DNA of 64,000 nucleotides from Paraspadella gotoi (taxonomy: Eukaryota; Animalia; Chaetognatha): assembly GCA_051294375.1 (NCBI GenBank), contig CM119267.1, forward strand, positions 2,363,738 to 2,427,737, written 5' to 3'. The position numbers and the translations under genes are program-made. Under the pieces are notes generated by a model, which worked only from the letters and a program-made list of their open reading frames with translations, was not told where the DNA came from and ran no database searches. Numbering within the stretch: position 1 is the stretch's first letter; each line of letters opens with the position of its first letter. Positions 1 to 14,075 of the stretch are shown piece by piece.

Positions 1-119
1 CACACTCTCTTCTTCCCTCCTCACTCCTCTCTCTTTCCTCCCATATAGAGCTTAAACCCTGTTTTGAGAGGTGGTGATTCAACTACCTCCAATGGTCGAT
101 GATATCATATGTTGTTATT

Positions 120-310
120 TCTTTGTAAAATTACTTAGTGTGTGAATTCATGAGTAGAAATTATGCAGAATGAATATTTCATTTCAGTTTTAATGTTTTT
201 TTTTTCTAAAATATTTTTTTTTTTATAATTATGCCATTTGTTTAAAGTTTTTATATTAAGTAGTCATTTCTTTTTGAATACTTAGTGTGTGAATTCATGA
301 GTTAGAAATC
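120..310 (+). repeat. Short direct repeat (~30-45 bp, 147 bp apart)
   Basis: 'tacttagtgtgtgaattcatgagt(t)agaaat' at 132 and 279. Confidence 0.8.
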
Positions 311-1005
311 ATAAGAAAAAAATTTCATATGAACAGTTTTTATGCTATGGTCATCAAAAAAGTCCTGAACTCGAATACGCGATGGTCAATAATCACTATT
401 TAATCAGTTACAAATAAAAAAAAGAAGAAAGTGAAATAGACAAAAATGGACATGATTTTTTTCTCCTAAATGTGCAAAATTGTACTTTTTATTTAATTGA
501 GAACGTGTGGATATGATTCACCAATCCCTAGTTCAGCCCAATGTTTATTGTGTCGAAATCAAATTATATTAAGTAACAACCTGAAACAAGCATTGGAAAG
601 AGTTGCTTTTTTTGCTTAAATGCGACGTTGTAGGCGGAACCATGAAATTCATGAAATAAAATCTAATAAAAGTCGAATTCGACCGGTAGAGCTTCAATGA
701 ATTCACGCGCATTCGACTGAAATCAATCGATTGCGATGTCTTCGACGGCAAAATCGATCGCTGCGACTTTTCGACGTTTGCGAGTCGAAGCAGAGGTCGA
801 AAACCCCGGCCTTAGCTTTACTCTTCCCTCCTCCTCCTGCCTCTCCTCCTTCCACCGACCGATTCCAAAAAAAAGCCAATCTATGTTCTTCTTCTAGTTA
901 TTTGGTCTTGGTTCCTCTTGATTTGTCAGGGGCTAAAAACGTGAGCTACTACTCCCCTCTGCTCTCTCTCTCTCTCTCTTTCCTCTCTCTCCTCCCTCTT
1001 CTTTT

Positions 1006-1038
<33 letters not shown>

Positions 1039-1096
1039 GTCTCTCTCTTCTCTTCTCTTTCGTTCTCTTTCNNNNNNNNNNNNNNNNNNNNNNNNN

Positions 1097-1216
1097 CCTT
1101 CCCCCTTGTCATTATTTTATTTATTATTACTCTTCCCCCTTGTTATTGTTTTATTTATTCTTACTCTTCTCCCTTGTCATTGTTTTATTTATTCCAACCC
1201 TTCCCCCTTGTCATTG

Positions 1217-1304
<88 letters not shown>

Positions 1305-1330
1305 CATTATTATTATTATTTTATTATTTT
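1097..1330 (+). repeat. End of the ~30-bp minisatellite plus (ATT)n tract, unit copy A
   Basis: 'cccttgtcattgttttatttatt' units followed by ~30 ATT repeats (1224-1330). Confidence 0.9.
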
Positions 1331-2885
1331 ATTTTTTCTTTTCAATCAGTTTTGAATTTTTCTTCTAGATTTTTAGCTTTGCCCTCTTCTTCCAAACTTT
1401 TCCTTTGATTTCTTTTCTTCCTCCTCACATCTTCCTCAAATTCCTTGACCCACCTCTTATTTTCACACTCTTCCTCCTCCTCATCCTCATCCTCCTCATC
1501 CTCCTCCTTCCACCGACCGATTCCAAAAAAAGCCAATCTATTTCCCTTCTAGTTATTTGGTCTTGTCTCCTTTGATTTTGTCAGGGCTAAAACGTGAGCT
1601 ACTACTCCCCTCTCTCTCTCTCTTTCTTTCTCTCTCTCTCTTTCTCTNNNNNNNNNNNNNNNNNNNNNNNNNNNNNNNNNNNNNNNNNNNNNNNNNNNNN
1701 NNNNNNNNNNNNNNNNNNNNNNNNNNNNNNNNNNNNNNNNNNNNNNNNNNNNNNNNNNNNNNNNNNNNNNNNNNNNNNNNNNNNNNNNNNNNNNNNNNNN
1801 NNNNNNNNNNNNNNNNNNNNNNNNNNNNNNNNNNNNNNNNNNNNNNNNNNNNNNNNNNNNNNNNAAAAAATGGCAACAAAAGTTGGAAAAAACAGAAACT
1901 GAGGATAAAAGATGAGAAAATATTATTTAATTTTTGGTTTAGTATCGCAATTTTATTTTTAGAAATGGAAGGAAGGAAGCCTGTCCAGAATCAGCAGACC
2001 AGAATGCTTATTCAATAATCATTAAGTGAGTGTATAATTTCTCTATCGCTTGTATAATTGTCATAACTTATTTTCTATTTTAGTTATCTTTACTTGACAT
2101 TTTAAGTTTGAACAGTTTTGTATGACCGATGAACAAACTAATCTTCCCCTTTTCATCTTCCCCGCTTGAGATTTATCCTTTCACTTCCCGACGCCAAAAC
2201 CATTACCTTGTCTCAACTTTGCTCCCAAATGTATTTCAAAGCACTCTCTCTCTCTTTCNNNNNNNNNNNNNNNNNNNNNNNNNNNNNNNNNNNNNNNNNN
2301 NNNNNNNNNNNNNNNNNNNNNNNNNNNNNNNNNNNNNNNNNNNNNNNNNNNNNNNNNNNNNNNNNNNNNNNNNNNNNNNNNNNNNNNNNNNNNNNNNNNN
2401 NNNNNNNNNNNNNNNNNNNNNNNNNNNNNNNNNNNNNNNTTCTCTTTCCATATTCTTTTTCACTCTCTCACACTTTCCCCTACTTTCGGCACACGAAAAG
2501 AGCACACTTAATGTATGCCTATCGGCACTTTATATCAATTAGAATCAGTCACCGATNNNNNNNNNNNNNNNNNNNNNNNNNNNNNNNNNNNNNNNNNNNN
2601 NNNNNNNNNNNNNNNNNNNNNNNNNNNNNNNNNNNNNNNNNNNNNNNNNNNNNNNNNNNNNNNNNNNNNNNNNNNNNNNNNNNNNNNNNNNNNNNNNNNN
2701 NNNNNNNNNNNNNNNNNNNNNNNNNNNNNNNNNNNNNNNNNNNNNNNNNNNNNNNNNNNNNNNNNNNNNNNNNNNNNNNNNNNNNNTCTCTCTCTCTCTC
2801 TCTCACTGTCTCCTGCGGATTTTTAAAACAAAGGGCGCCAGCGACGAAAGATTTGATGAATCGCGTGGAAATGCTCAATCTGGGC

Positions 2886-2886
<1 letters not shown>

Positions 2887-2921
<35 letters not shown>

Positions 2922-2998
2922 TTAAGACTTATTCGCCGTCTTTATCGTCGACATTATCGTCGTCGTCGTCTTCATTCTTTTCGTCATCATCATCATCG
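2887..2998 (+). repeat. (GTC)n / (CAT)n microsatellite (also ~6076, ~12201, ~19046 in other unit copies)
   Basis: About 11 perfect GTC units, then degenerate GTC/CAT. Confidence 0.9.
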
Positions 2999-3934
2999 TT
3001 CAGAGAAGCTGTTGTTGTTATCCAAAGTTTTCCACTTAGAATTTATTTCATTTTCATTCATAAAAGAGAAACAAATAAATAAATCGAACCTATCGAATAA
3101 ATGTAACCTAATTTTACAGTGAAAAACGAAGATGACCAAGAGGAAAAGTTTAGAACAACAAATTTTTAAAACGGAAAATATTTTAATTTTCAAAGATGAT
3201 TTTTAACTGATCGACTGATAGTGTCATTGCAAGTTATCATTAACTAATAAATTATGATGATAGCTTAGGGGAGAAAAGAGTGTTTGTGCCTCAGTAGATT
3301 TGGTTTCGATCACGTTGGCTGACTTTAGTTCTTATTCAATTAACGTTCAGAATTTGGAACAGGTTGGTAAGTTTATTTATCAACAAACAATTTTGGCGAC
3401 GAGGAACGGAGATAAAATGTTTATTACATACAAACGATGTGTGAAATTAATTTTTAATTTCGAGATTAAAAATATAAAAACGTGAGTGTAAAATCCATTA
3501 AAAATAAACCCCAACGGCGGTTAAAAAACAGGTTGTAGCATAAAGCGACATATTGCTCGCAAAGAGATGGAGCCCTTGATGGAGCCTCTGAACTTCAATC
3601 CACATCTCACTACAAATGAGACCACGTGAACTCCCACTCCACTCTTTTTCCTCTTCCACATCTCACCATATGTGACCGACAGTGACTCCACACTAACTCT
3701 TTCACATCTCACTCACGCTCTATTCTCCTAATTTGCCACAGGAAATGATTTCTCAAGCAAAAGTCTTTCTCGCTACGAATCTTAATCTAATTTCCTTTTT
3801 TCCTTTTTTTCATTTGTGTTCTCCTCCTCTTCCTCTTCTTCATCCTCTTCCTCCTCTCATCCTTCCCGCTCTCCTTCCTTCGCTCCTGCTGAGGTTTTCT
3901 TCGCAAGCGCTATCCTTTAAATTTTTTCTTTTCT

Positions 3935-4622
3935 ATCTTCCCCATTGTCACATTGTGTTTTATTTATTCCCTTATTATATCTCTTCCCCCTTGTCATTGT
4001 TTTATTTAATTCTTATCTCTTTCCCGCCTTGTCATTGTTTTATTTATTCTACTCTTCCCTTGTCATTGTTTTATTTATTTCTTAACTCCCCCCCTTGTCA
4101 TTGTTTTATTTATTCTTAACATCTTCCCTCTTGTCATTGTTTTATTTATTCTTAATCTTCCCCCTGTCATTGTTTTATTTATTCTTTACTCTTTCCCCCT
4201 TGTCATTGTTTATTTATTGTTTACTCTTCCCCTGTCATTGTTTTATTTATTCTAACCCTTCCGCTTGTCATTGTTTTATTTATTCTTATGCTCTCCCTTG
4301 TCATTGTTTATTATCCTTACTCTTCTCCCTGTCATTGTTTTATTTATTCTTACTCTTCCCCTTCCCCCTTGTCATGGTTTTATTTATACTTACTCTTCCC
4401 CCCTGTCATTGTTTTATTTATTCTAAACTCCTCCCTTGTCATTGTTTTATTTATTCTTACCCTTCCCCCTTCCCCCTTGTCATTATTTTATTTATTATTA
4501 CTCTTCCCCCTTGTTATTGTTTTATTTATTCTTACTCTTCTTCCGCCTTTCTCACCTTGTTTCATTGTTTTATTTATTCCAACCCTTTCCCCCTTGTCAT
4601 GTGTTTTTTATTATTATTATTA

Positions 4623-4672
<50 letters not shown>

Positions 4673-4700
4673 ATTATTATTATTATTATTTTATTATTTA
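3935..4700 (+). repeat. ~30-bp minisatellite (cccttgtcattgttttatttattcttactctt) followed by (ATT)n, unit copy B
   Basis: About 20 tandem units at 3935-4608, then (ATT)n at 4609-4700. Confidence 0.92.
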
Positions 4701-5696
4701 TTTTTTTCTTTTCAATCAGTTTTGAATTTTTCTTCTAGATTTTTAGCTTTGCCCTCTTCTTCCAAACTTTTCCTTTGATTTCTTTTCTTCCTCCTCACAT
4801 CTTCCTCAAATTCCTTGACCCACCTCTTAATTTTCACACTCTTCCTCCTCCTCATCCTCATCCTCTCCTCCTCATCCTCCTCCTTCCACCGACCGATTCC
4901 AAAAAAAGCCAATCTATTTCCCTTCTAGTTATTTGGGTCTTGTCTCTTTGGATTTTGTTCAGGGCTAAAACGTGAGCTACTACTCCCTCTCTCTCTCTCT
5001 TGTCTTTCTCTTCTCTCCCTCTCTTTCTCTCTCTCTCTCCTCTTCCCTCTCTCTTTCTCTCTCTCTCTCTCTCTTCTCTCTCTCCTCTCTCTCGTCTCTC
5101 TCTCTCTCGTCTCTCTCTCTCTCTCTCTCTTCTCGTCTCTCTCTCTTTCTCCTTTGATAAGGCTTTTGCTCCGGGATGTCACCGTGCGTTCAGAAATCGA
5201 GATTTCACGCGAAAAAAAGGTGAGAAAAGAATAAGTAAAAAAAATAAAAATAAAAAAATGGCAACAAAGTTGGAAAAAACAGAAACTGAGGATAAAAGAT
5301 GAGAAAATATTATATTTAATTTTTGGTTTAGTATCGCAATTTTATTTTTAGAAAATGGAAAGGAAGGAAGCCTGTCCAGAATCAGCAAGACCAGAATGCT
5401 TATTCAATAATCATTAAAGTGAGTGTATAATTTCTCTATCGCTTGTATGATGTGTCATAACTTATTTTCTATTTTAGTTATCTTTACTTGACATTTTAAG
5501 TTTGAAACAGTTTTTGTATGACCGATGAACAAACTAATCTTCCCCTTTTCATCTTCCCGCTTGAGATTTATCCTTCTACTTCCCGACGCCAAAAACCATT
5601 ACGTTGTCTCAACTTTGCTCCCAATGTATTTCAAAGCACTCTCTCTCTCTTTCACTCTCTTACTTGTTTGCTCTCTCTGTTCTCATCTCTCTCTCG

Positions 5697-5729
<33 letters not shown>

Positions 5730-7775
5730 TCTAGCTCTGCCTGTCTTTCTCCCACTCTCTCTCTCTTGCTCTTTTTTTTTCTTTCTCTTTCATATTCTCT
5801 TTTCACTCTCTCGACACTTTCCCTATTTTCGGCACACGAAAAGAGCACACTTTAATGTAGTATGGCAACTTTATATCAATTAGAATCAGTCACCGATTAT
5901 TTCTCCGAAGGTCGTCTCGTCTTTTCTAAGACGAAAATAAAAGGGCCTAATTGAAATTCTGTCCTCTCCGCTCTCTCTCTCTCTCTCTCTCACTGTCTCC
6001 TGCGGGTATTTTTTAAAAACAGGGCGCCAGCGAACGAAAGTTTGATGAATCGCGTGAAATGCTGCAATCTGGGCCTCGTCGTCGTCGTCGTCGTCGTCGT
6101 CGTGTCGTCGTCTAAGCTCTTATTCGCCGTCTTCTCGAATTATCGCGTCGTCGTCTTCATTTCTTTCGTCATCATCATCACATCGTTCAGAGAAGCTGTT
6201 GTGTTGTTATCCAAAGTTTTCCACTTAGAATTTATTTCATTTCTGTTCATAAAAAGAGAACAAAATAAATAATCGAATAAATTAACAATTTAATGAAAAC
6301 GAAGATGACCTAAGAGGAAAAGTTTAGAACAACAAATTTTTTTAAAAACGGAAAATATTTTAATTTTCAAAGATGATTTTTAACTGATCACTGTAGAGTG
6401 TCATTGGAAGTTATCATTAACTAATAAATTATATCTTATGATGATAGCTTAGGGGGAAAGGAGTGTTTGTGCCTCAGTAGATTTGGTTTCGATCACGTTG
6501 GCTGACTTAAGTTCTTATTCAATTTAACGTTCAGAATTTGAACAGGTTGTAAGTTTATTTATCAACAAACAATTTTGGCGACGAGGAACGGAGATAAAAT
6601 GTTTTTACATACAAACGATGTGTGAAATTAATTTTTAATTTCGAGATTAAAAATATAAAAAACGTGAGTTAAATCATTAATAAACCCCAACGGCGAGTTA
6701 AAACGTTGAACGTTCAAGGAGGCAACGACTTTTCTCTGCCACGCTATTTGAAACATTGCTAAACGTAAAAAATAAGACAGATACTAATTCCCCCCCCTTT
6801 CTTCGCGACTGAATCAGTTGTAAACTTTTCCTAATAATTTGGGCCGTTCGATCGTGATAATCGTCCGCCGATGAANNNNNNNNNNNNNNNNNNNNNNNNN
6901 GACTCCGCGGACGTCGAACTTTCATTCCGCACTCGTCGGCCGCCACGAGCGTCGAAACAAAGGGTAATGAAACAATTAAATAATTATCAATGACGACTGA
7001 ATGAATAATCGATGAATCTTTATTTAAATAAGACATTAATCCACAAATGTTTATAGACATTTCCACTAAAGTTTAATCGAGATTCCACAAGAGTTTGTTC
7101 ATGAATCCTGACACTTTTTTTTCTTCTCCTCCTTCCTTCCTTCTTCTCTTCTTCTCTTCCTTCTTTTACTTTTTCTTTCTTCCTCCTCCTACTTCCTTCC
7201 TCCTTCCTCCTTCTCCTGTCTTCTTCCTTCTTCTACGTCTTCCTTCCTTCCTTCTTTCTCCTTTTTTCCTCCTCCCTCTTCCTTCCTCTGCCTCTTCCCT
7301 TCTTCTACTTCTTCTTCCTTCCTTCCTCCTCTCCCTCCGTTCTTCCTCCTTCTTCTCTTCTCTTCCTCCTCCTTCCTCCTCCTCTCCTCCACTCCTTCTC
7401 TTTCCTTCTTCTCCTTCTTTCTCCTCTTCTCCTTCCCCTCCTTCCTTCCTTCTTCCTTCTTCCTTCTTCTTCCTTTCTCCCTCCTTCTTCCTCCTTTCTT
7501 CTCTCTCTTCTTCTTNNNNNNNNNNNNNNNNNNNNNNNNNCCACAATCCACCGCTCCGACCACATCCCGCATCGCTCCGACGCACATCCACCGCGATGCA
7601 AATTAAACTCAGCCGGTCTCTTCTCTCGAGTGGGCTTCGTGGCCTCCTGCGTTTCCAACGAGAAAGATAACAATCGAACTGAGAAAATGATAATGCCAGT
7701 CTGAGAAGTAGTAGATCAATCAGTGAGAGCTAGCAGCCTCGAGGTATGGCACGCAGAAAGACAAGCAAAGATTAG

Positions 7776-7806
<31 letters not shown>

Positions 7807-8249
7807 CATGAGAGAGATGAGAGAGAGAGAGAAGGAGAGACGGACGAAGAGAAAGCGATGCTGAACGCTATTGTCGTCACCGATTTTGGACGGGAGTGAG
7901 GAAATCAAAACATCGCACAAAAATATTGAGCCATTTTTATGCAGAACATTGTTGTTGTTGTTGTTTTGTCGCGTCGTCGTCACATTGTGCTTCAATCGTC
8001 GTCATTATTGTGAGTTGGTTGAACAGTATTAGAACAATGTTGAAATGAGTGAAATTTTATTTGTTGTTTTAACATTTTCGTGCATTGTCCCTACAACCGG
8101 ATGTCCACAATAACGATTATTTCATTTTTTCAACATTTTCTTATATTAAATGATTTTGCGCTTTTCGTAGTCGCATCGTCGCTGTCGTTTAAAGGGAAAG
8201 CGGCCGTCGGGTCATTCCCAATCTCGTCAATATTTTTCAATTGTGGGAG

Positions 8250-8285
<36 letters not shown>

Positions 8286-8444
8286 AGAGAGAAAGAGAGA
8301 GAGGAGGCTGACTTTTGGTTTACCACGAATTTTGTTTCCGGTTGTTTGGCAGAGTTTATAAGGTTATATGAGGAAGGAGAAGAGAGAAGGAGCGAAGAGG
8401 AGAGGAGTGATATGAAGGGTGGAGGTGAAAAGAAGAAAAGCGAT

Positions 8445-8829
8445 AAACAAGAAATGGGATTCCAATGTGTTCGCTTCCGAGTGACTTTAGTTTACGTGTA
8501 TTATATTCACATGATATGACATACTATGACATGAGTAAAAAACTTTCTTAGCCCTTGTATTCAATGACATTGACTGCTCGAGTCTTTTATTCCTTATAGT
8601 TTTAGGATATGCCATAAATGCGGTGGCGCAGCAGTCCCCTTAGAATTGAGGTTTTTTTTCTTCTTAGACAAAATGAGCAACGAAAACTATTGGGCAAAAT
8701 TGTTGCATCTTTAAGTATAAATGGGACAGAGAACGACGACAGCGCGGACCGATATAATGACGCGAACCGACGAAGAAAGTGACTTATAGAGTTGCTTTCG
8801 CGAGTAATTGCTCGAGGCGCAAACTAAAA
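8445..8829 (-). mobile_element. HINE / DINE-1-like element, copy in tandem unit B
   Basis: Same termini ('aaacaag' ... 'aaagtgacttatagagttgc...ggcgcaaactaaaa') and the same internal blocks as 15199-15584. Confidence 0.6.
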
Positions 8830-10109
8830 CAGTTGAAGTGCTAGAGTAGGATAGGAAATATTAACCGCTAAAGTAATATTAGGTGATATTCAAGTACGAC
8901 ATTAATTGATCTCACCTTTATTCGACCTTAATCATTTTCCCCCGAATAAGGTTTTCGTTTTTGCCAAATTTTTAAAAATTATTCTCTATCACGTTTTCAT
9001 CTCACCTTTTCGAAGTAGAGTCCGTGACTCGTGAAAGCTCTTCAGGTTTTCACTTGATACTCATAAACACTTATCGCAAGGAAGAAATGCGGCGTCGTTC
9101 TCAGAAAGTCGATGCGGTAAAGGTTTTCGGTGTAATACTTTTAGTTAATCACTTTACGGAAATTTTATCAACCATAACATGATGATTCAAATTGTTTCAT
9201 ATTTTGTATAGTCATCTGCTACGCGTGTACGTAATCTAGGTAAACTCGTCTAAAATACTGTTACTTATATTCTTATTTAAAAACTTTATCAATTAAACTT
9301 TATTATTAAACTTTTTTTCTCAAAAATCTAAACTGGTCGACATCCAGATCTCTTAAGAATTAATTATCAATTTAATTTGTTCTGGGTAGCGAAGTCATTT
9401 AAAACTCGATCGGTTTCTGTGTATTTCTGTATTTTCTGTAATCTTGTTACTCCGATAAATGCAATTCTTCTAACCAACTCGTTTCACATTCATTCTGACA
9501 TTTTCCCTGCCACCTGCCTTCTCATCCATATATTTCCCTTCTATGTTTTAATTGTTTTTTTTTTATAATTTAATAGATTTCTTAACTTTTTCTCTGAATT
9601 CCACCAATCCTGACTTGGTCTCAAAATCCAACCACAATAGACAAGCGTCCCTTTTGCGCTACAACGAGTCTGCGCGCAATTACTTTTTGCTCAGCGGGAA
9701 ACGAAACGAATACCAAATCACAGTTGTACATAAAGCGACATTTGCTCGCAAAGAGATGGAGCCCTGATGGGCTCTGAACTTCAATCCACATTCACTACAA
9801 ATGAGACCACGTGACCCACCAACTCTTTTTCTCTCTTCAACATCTCACTCATCCATATGTGCCACGTGACTCACACTACTCTTTCACATCTCACTCACGT
9901 CTTCTACATTTTGCCACAGGAAATGATTCTCAAGCAAAAGTCTTTCTCGCTTACGAATCTTAATCTAATTTTCCCTTTTTCCTTTTTTTCATTTGTGTCT
10001 CCTCCTCTTCTCTTCTTCATCTCTTCCTCCTCTTCAATCCTCTTCGCTCCTCCTTCCTTCGCCTCCTGCTGAGGTTTTCCTCCAATGCTCTATCTTTAAA
10101 TTTTCTTTT

Positions 10110-10752
10110 CTTCTTCCCCCTTGTCATTTGGTTTTATTTATTCTTAAACCCTTCCCCCTTGTTCATTGTTTTATTTATTCTTAATCTTCCCCCTTGTCAT
10201 TGTTTTATTTATTCTAAACGCCTTCCCCTGTCATTGTTTTATTTATTCTTATCTTCCCCCTTGTCATTGTTTTATTTATTCTAACTCTTCCCTCTTGTCA
10301 TTGTTTTATTTATTCTTAATCTTCCCCTTGTCATTGTTTATTTTATTCTTACTCTTCCCCCTTGTCATTGTTTTATTTATTTCTTACTCTTCCCCTGTCA
10401 TTGTTTTATTTTTTCTAACCCTTCCCTTGTCATTGTTTTATTTATTCTTACTCTTCCCTGTCATTGTTTTATTTATTCTTACTTCTTCTCCCTTGTCATT
10501 GTTTTATTTATTCTTACTCTTCCCCTTCCCCTTGTCATTGGTTTTATTTATACTTACTCTTCCCCCCTGTCATTGTTTATTTTATTCTAACCTTCCCCCT
10601 TGTCATTGTTTTTTTATTCTTACCTTCCCCTTCCCCCTTGTCATTATTTTATTTATTATTACTCTTCCCCTTGTTATTGTTTTATTTATTCTTTACTCTT
10701 GCTCTCCTTGTCATTGTTTATTTATTCCAACCCTTCCCCCTGTCATTGTTTT

Positions 10753-10822
<70 letters not shown>

Positions 10823-10845
10823 TATTATTATTATTTTTATTATTT
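10110..10845 (+). repeat. ~30-bp minisatellite followed by (ATT)n, unit copy C
   Basis: Same unit as 3935-4608; (ATT)n at ~10758-10845. Confidence 0.92.
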
Positions 10846-11209
10846 TATTTTTTTCTTTTCAATCAGTTTTGAATTTTTCTTCTAGATTTTTGCTTTGCCC
10901 TCTTCTTCCAAACTTTTCCTTTGATTTTTTCTTCCTCCTCACATCTTCCTCAAATTCCTTGACCCACCTCTTATTTTCACACTCTTCCTCCTCCTCATCC
11001 TCATCCTCTCCTCCTCATCCTCCTCCTTCCCACCGACGATTCCAAAAAAAGCCAATCTATTTCCCTTCTAGTTATTTGGTCTTGTCTCTTTGAATTTTGT
11101 CAGGGCTAAAACGTGAGCTACTACTCCCCTCTGCTCTCTCTCTTTCTTTCTCTCTCTCTCTTTCTCTCTCTCTCTCCTCTCTCTCTTCTTCTCTCTCTCT
11201 CTCTCTTTT

Positions 11210-11266
<57 letters not shown>

Positions 11267-11785
11267 TCTCCTTTGATAAGGCTTTTGCTCCGGGATGTCA
11301 CCTCGAGAAATCGAGATTCACGCGACAAAAAGGTGAGAAAAAATAGTAAAAAAAAAAATAAAAAAAAATGGCAACAAAAGTTGGAAAAAACAGAAACTGA
11401 GGATAAAAGATGAGAAATATTATATTAATTTTTGGTTTAGTATCGCAATTTTATTTTTAGAAATGGAAGGAAGGAAGCCTGTCCAGAATCAGCAGACCAG
11501 AATGCTTATTCAATAATCATTAAGTGAGTGTATAATTTCTCTATTCGCTTGTATATTGTCATAACTTATTTTCTATTTAGTTATCTTTACTTGACATTTT
11601 AAGTTTGAACAGTTTTGTATGACCGAATGAACAACTAATCTTCCCTTTTCATCTTCCCCGCTTGAGATTTATCCTTTCACTTCCCGACGCCAAAAACCAT
11701 TACCTTGTCTCAACTTTGCTCCCAAATGTATTTCAAAGCACTCTCTCTCTCTTTCACTCTCTCTTCTTACTGTCTTGCTCTCTCT

Positions 11786-11858
<73 letters not shown>

Positions 11859-12086
11859 TCTGCCTGTCTTTCTCCCACTCTCTCTCTCTTGCTCTTTTTT
11901 TCACTTTCTTTCTCTTTCCATATTCTTTTTTCACTCTCTCACACTTTCCCCTACTTTCGCACACGAAAAGAGCACACTTAATGTATGCCTATCGGCACTT
12001 TTATATCAATTAGAATCAGTCACCGATTATTTCTCCGAACGTCGTCTCGTCTTTTCTAAGACGAAAATAAAATGCCTAATTGAAAT

Positions 12087-12119
<33 letters not shown>

Positions 12120-13229
12120 ACTGTCTCCTGCGGATTTTTAAAACAAGGGCGCCAGCGACGAAAGATTTGATGAATCGCGTGGAAATGCTCAATCTGGGCC
12201 TCGTCGTCGTGTCGCGTCGTGCGTCGTTCGTCGCGTCTTAAGACTTAATTCGCGTTTATCGTCGAATTATCGTCGTCGTCGTCTTTATTTTTTCGTCATC
12301 ATCATCATCGTTCAGAGAAGCTGTTGTTGTTGTTATCCAAAGTTTTCCACTTAGAATTTATTTCATTTTCGTTCATAAAAGAAAACAAATAAATAAATCG
12401 AAAAAAAATGAACCAAACTAGATGACCAAGAGGAAAAGTTTAGAACAACAAATTTTAAAAAAGTTTACAAACAACGGAAAATATTTTAATTTTTCAAAGA
12501 TGATTTTTAACTGATGCACTGGTAGTGTCATTGCGAAGTTATCATTAACTAATAAATTTATGCATTACTCATGATAGCTTAGGGGAGAAATGGGTGTTTG
12601 TGCCTCAGTAGATTTGGTTTCGATCACGTTGGCTGACTTTAGTTCTTATTCAATTAACGTTCAGAATTTGAACAGGTTGTAAGTTTATTTATCAACAAAC
12701 AATTTTGGCGACGAGGAACGGAGATAAAATGTTTATTACATACAAACGATGTGTTGAAATTAATTTTTAATTTCGAGATTAAAAATAATAAAACGTGAGT
12801 AGTAAAATAATTAAAAATAAACCCCAACGGCGAGTTAAAACGTTGAACGTTCAAGGAGGCAACGACTTTTTCTCGCCACGTATTTCGAACATTGCTAAAC
12901 GTAAAAAATAAGACAGATACTAATTTTTCCCCCTTTTCGCGACTGAATCAGTGTTGTAACTTTTTCCTAATAATTTGGGCCGTTTCGATCGCGATATCGT
13001 CCGCCGATGGACTCCGCGGACGTCGAAACTTTCATTCGCACTCGTCGGCCGCCACGAGCGTCGAAAACAAAAGGGTAATGAACAAATTAAATAATTATCA
13101 ATGACGAATGAATGAATAATCGATGAATCTTTATTTAAATAAGACATTAATCCACAAATGTTTATAGACATTTCCACTAAAGTTTAATCGAGAATTCCAC
13201 AAGAGTTTGTTCATGAATCCTGACACTTT

Positions 13230-14075
13230 TTTTTCTTCTCCTCCTTCCTTCCTTCTTCTCTTCTTCTCTTCCTTCTTTTACTTTTTCTTTCTTCCTCCTC
13301 CTACTTCCTTCCTCCTTCCTCCTTCTCCTGTCTTCTTCCTTCTTCTACGTCTTCCTTCCTTCCTTCTTTCTCCTTTTTTCCTCCTCCTCTTCTCCCTCTC
13401 CTCTTCCTTCTTCTACTTCTTCTTCCTTCTTCCTCCCTTCCCTCTTCTTCCTCTTCTTCCTCTTCCTTCCTCCTCCTTCCTCCCTCCTCCTCCACTCTTC
13501 CTTTTTCCTTCTTCTTCTTCTTTCTCCTCTTCTCCTTCCCTCCTCCTCTCCTTCCTTCTTCCTTCTTCTTCTTTCTCCCTCCTTCTTCCTCCTTCTTCTC
13601 TCTCTTCCTCCTCCTCCTCCTCCTTCCTCTTTCCTTCTTCTTCTTTCATCTTCCTCCTCCTCCTCTTCCTCCTTCCTCCTTTTTCCTCCTTTTCTCCTCT
13701 TCTTCCCTTCTTCTCTCCTCTTCCTCCTCCTTCTCCTCCTCCTTCCTCTTTTCTTCTTCCTTCTTCCTTCTCTCTCCTCTTCCTTTCTCCTTCCTCTCCT
13801 TCTTCGCTTCTTTCCTTCCTTCCTCCTTCTGTGTCTCCTCTTCTCCTCCCTTCCTCCTTCTTCTCCACCTTTTCTTCCTTCTTCTCCTTCCTTCCTGCTT
13901 CCTCCTTCTTTCCCTTATTCCTCTCCTTCCTTCTTACCTCGCTTCCTTCTCGTCCTTCTACCTCCTCCTCCACCTGTCCTTCCTTTCCTCGCTCCCTTCG
14001 AATTGCCTTGTTCCTGCTCCTTCCCCTCCTCCTTCCTTCCTTCCTCCTTCCTCCTTCCTCCCTCTCCATCTCCCT
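13230..14075 (+). repeat. ~850-bp (TCC/TTC)-rich polypyrimidine block (other copies at 7120-7515 and 20125-21015)
   Basis: Almost only C and T on the + strand. It produces the spurious S/F/L/P ORFs on + and E/K/R/G ORFs on -. Confidence 0.9.

Noticed and set aside
3935-4608. CRISPR-like regular ~30-bp repeats (also 35835-36130, 43880-44375, 63064-63242)
   Set aside because: Units are contiguous with no unique spacers, there are no cas genes, and the context is eukaryotic; these are minisatellites.
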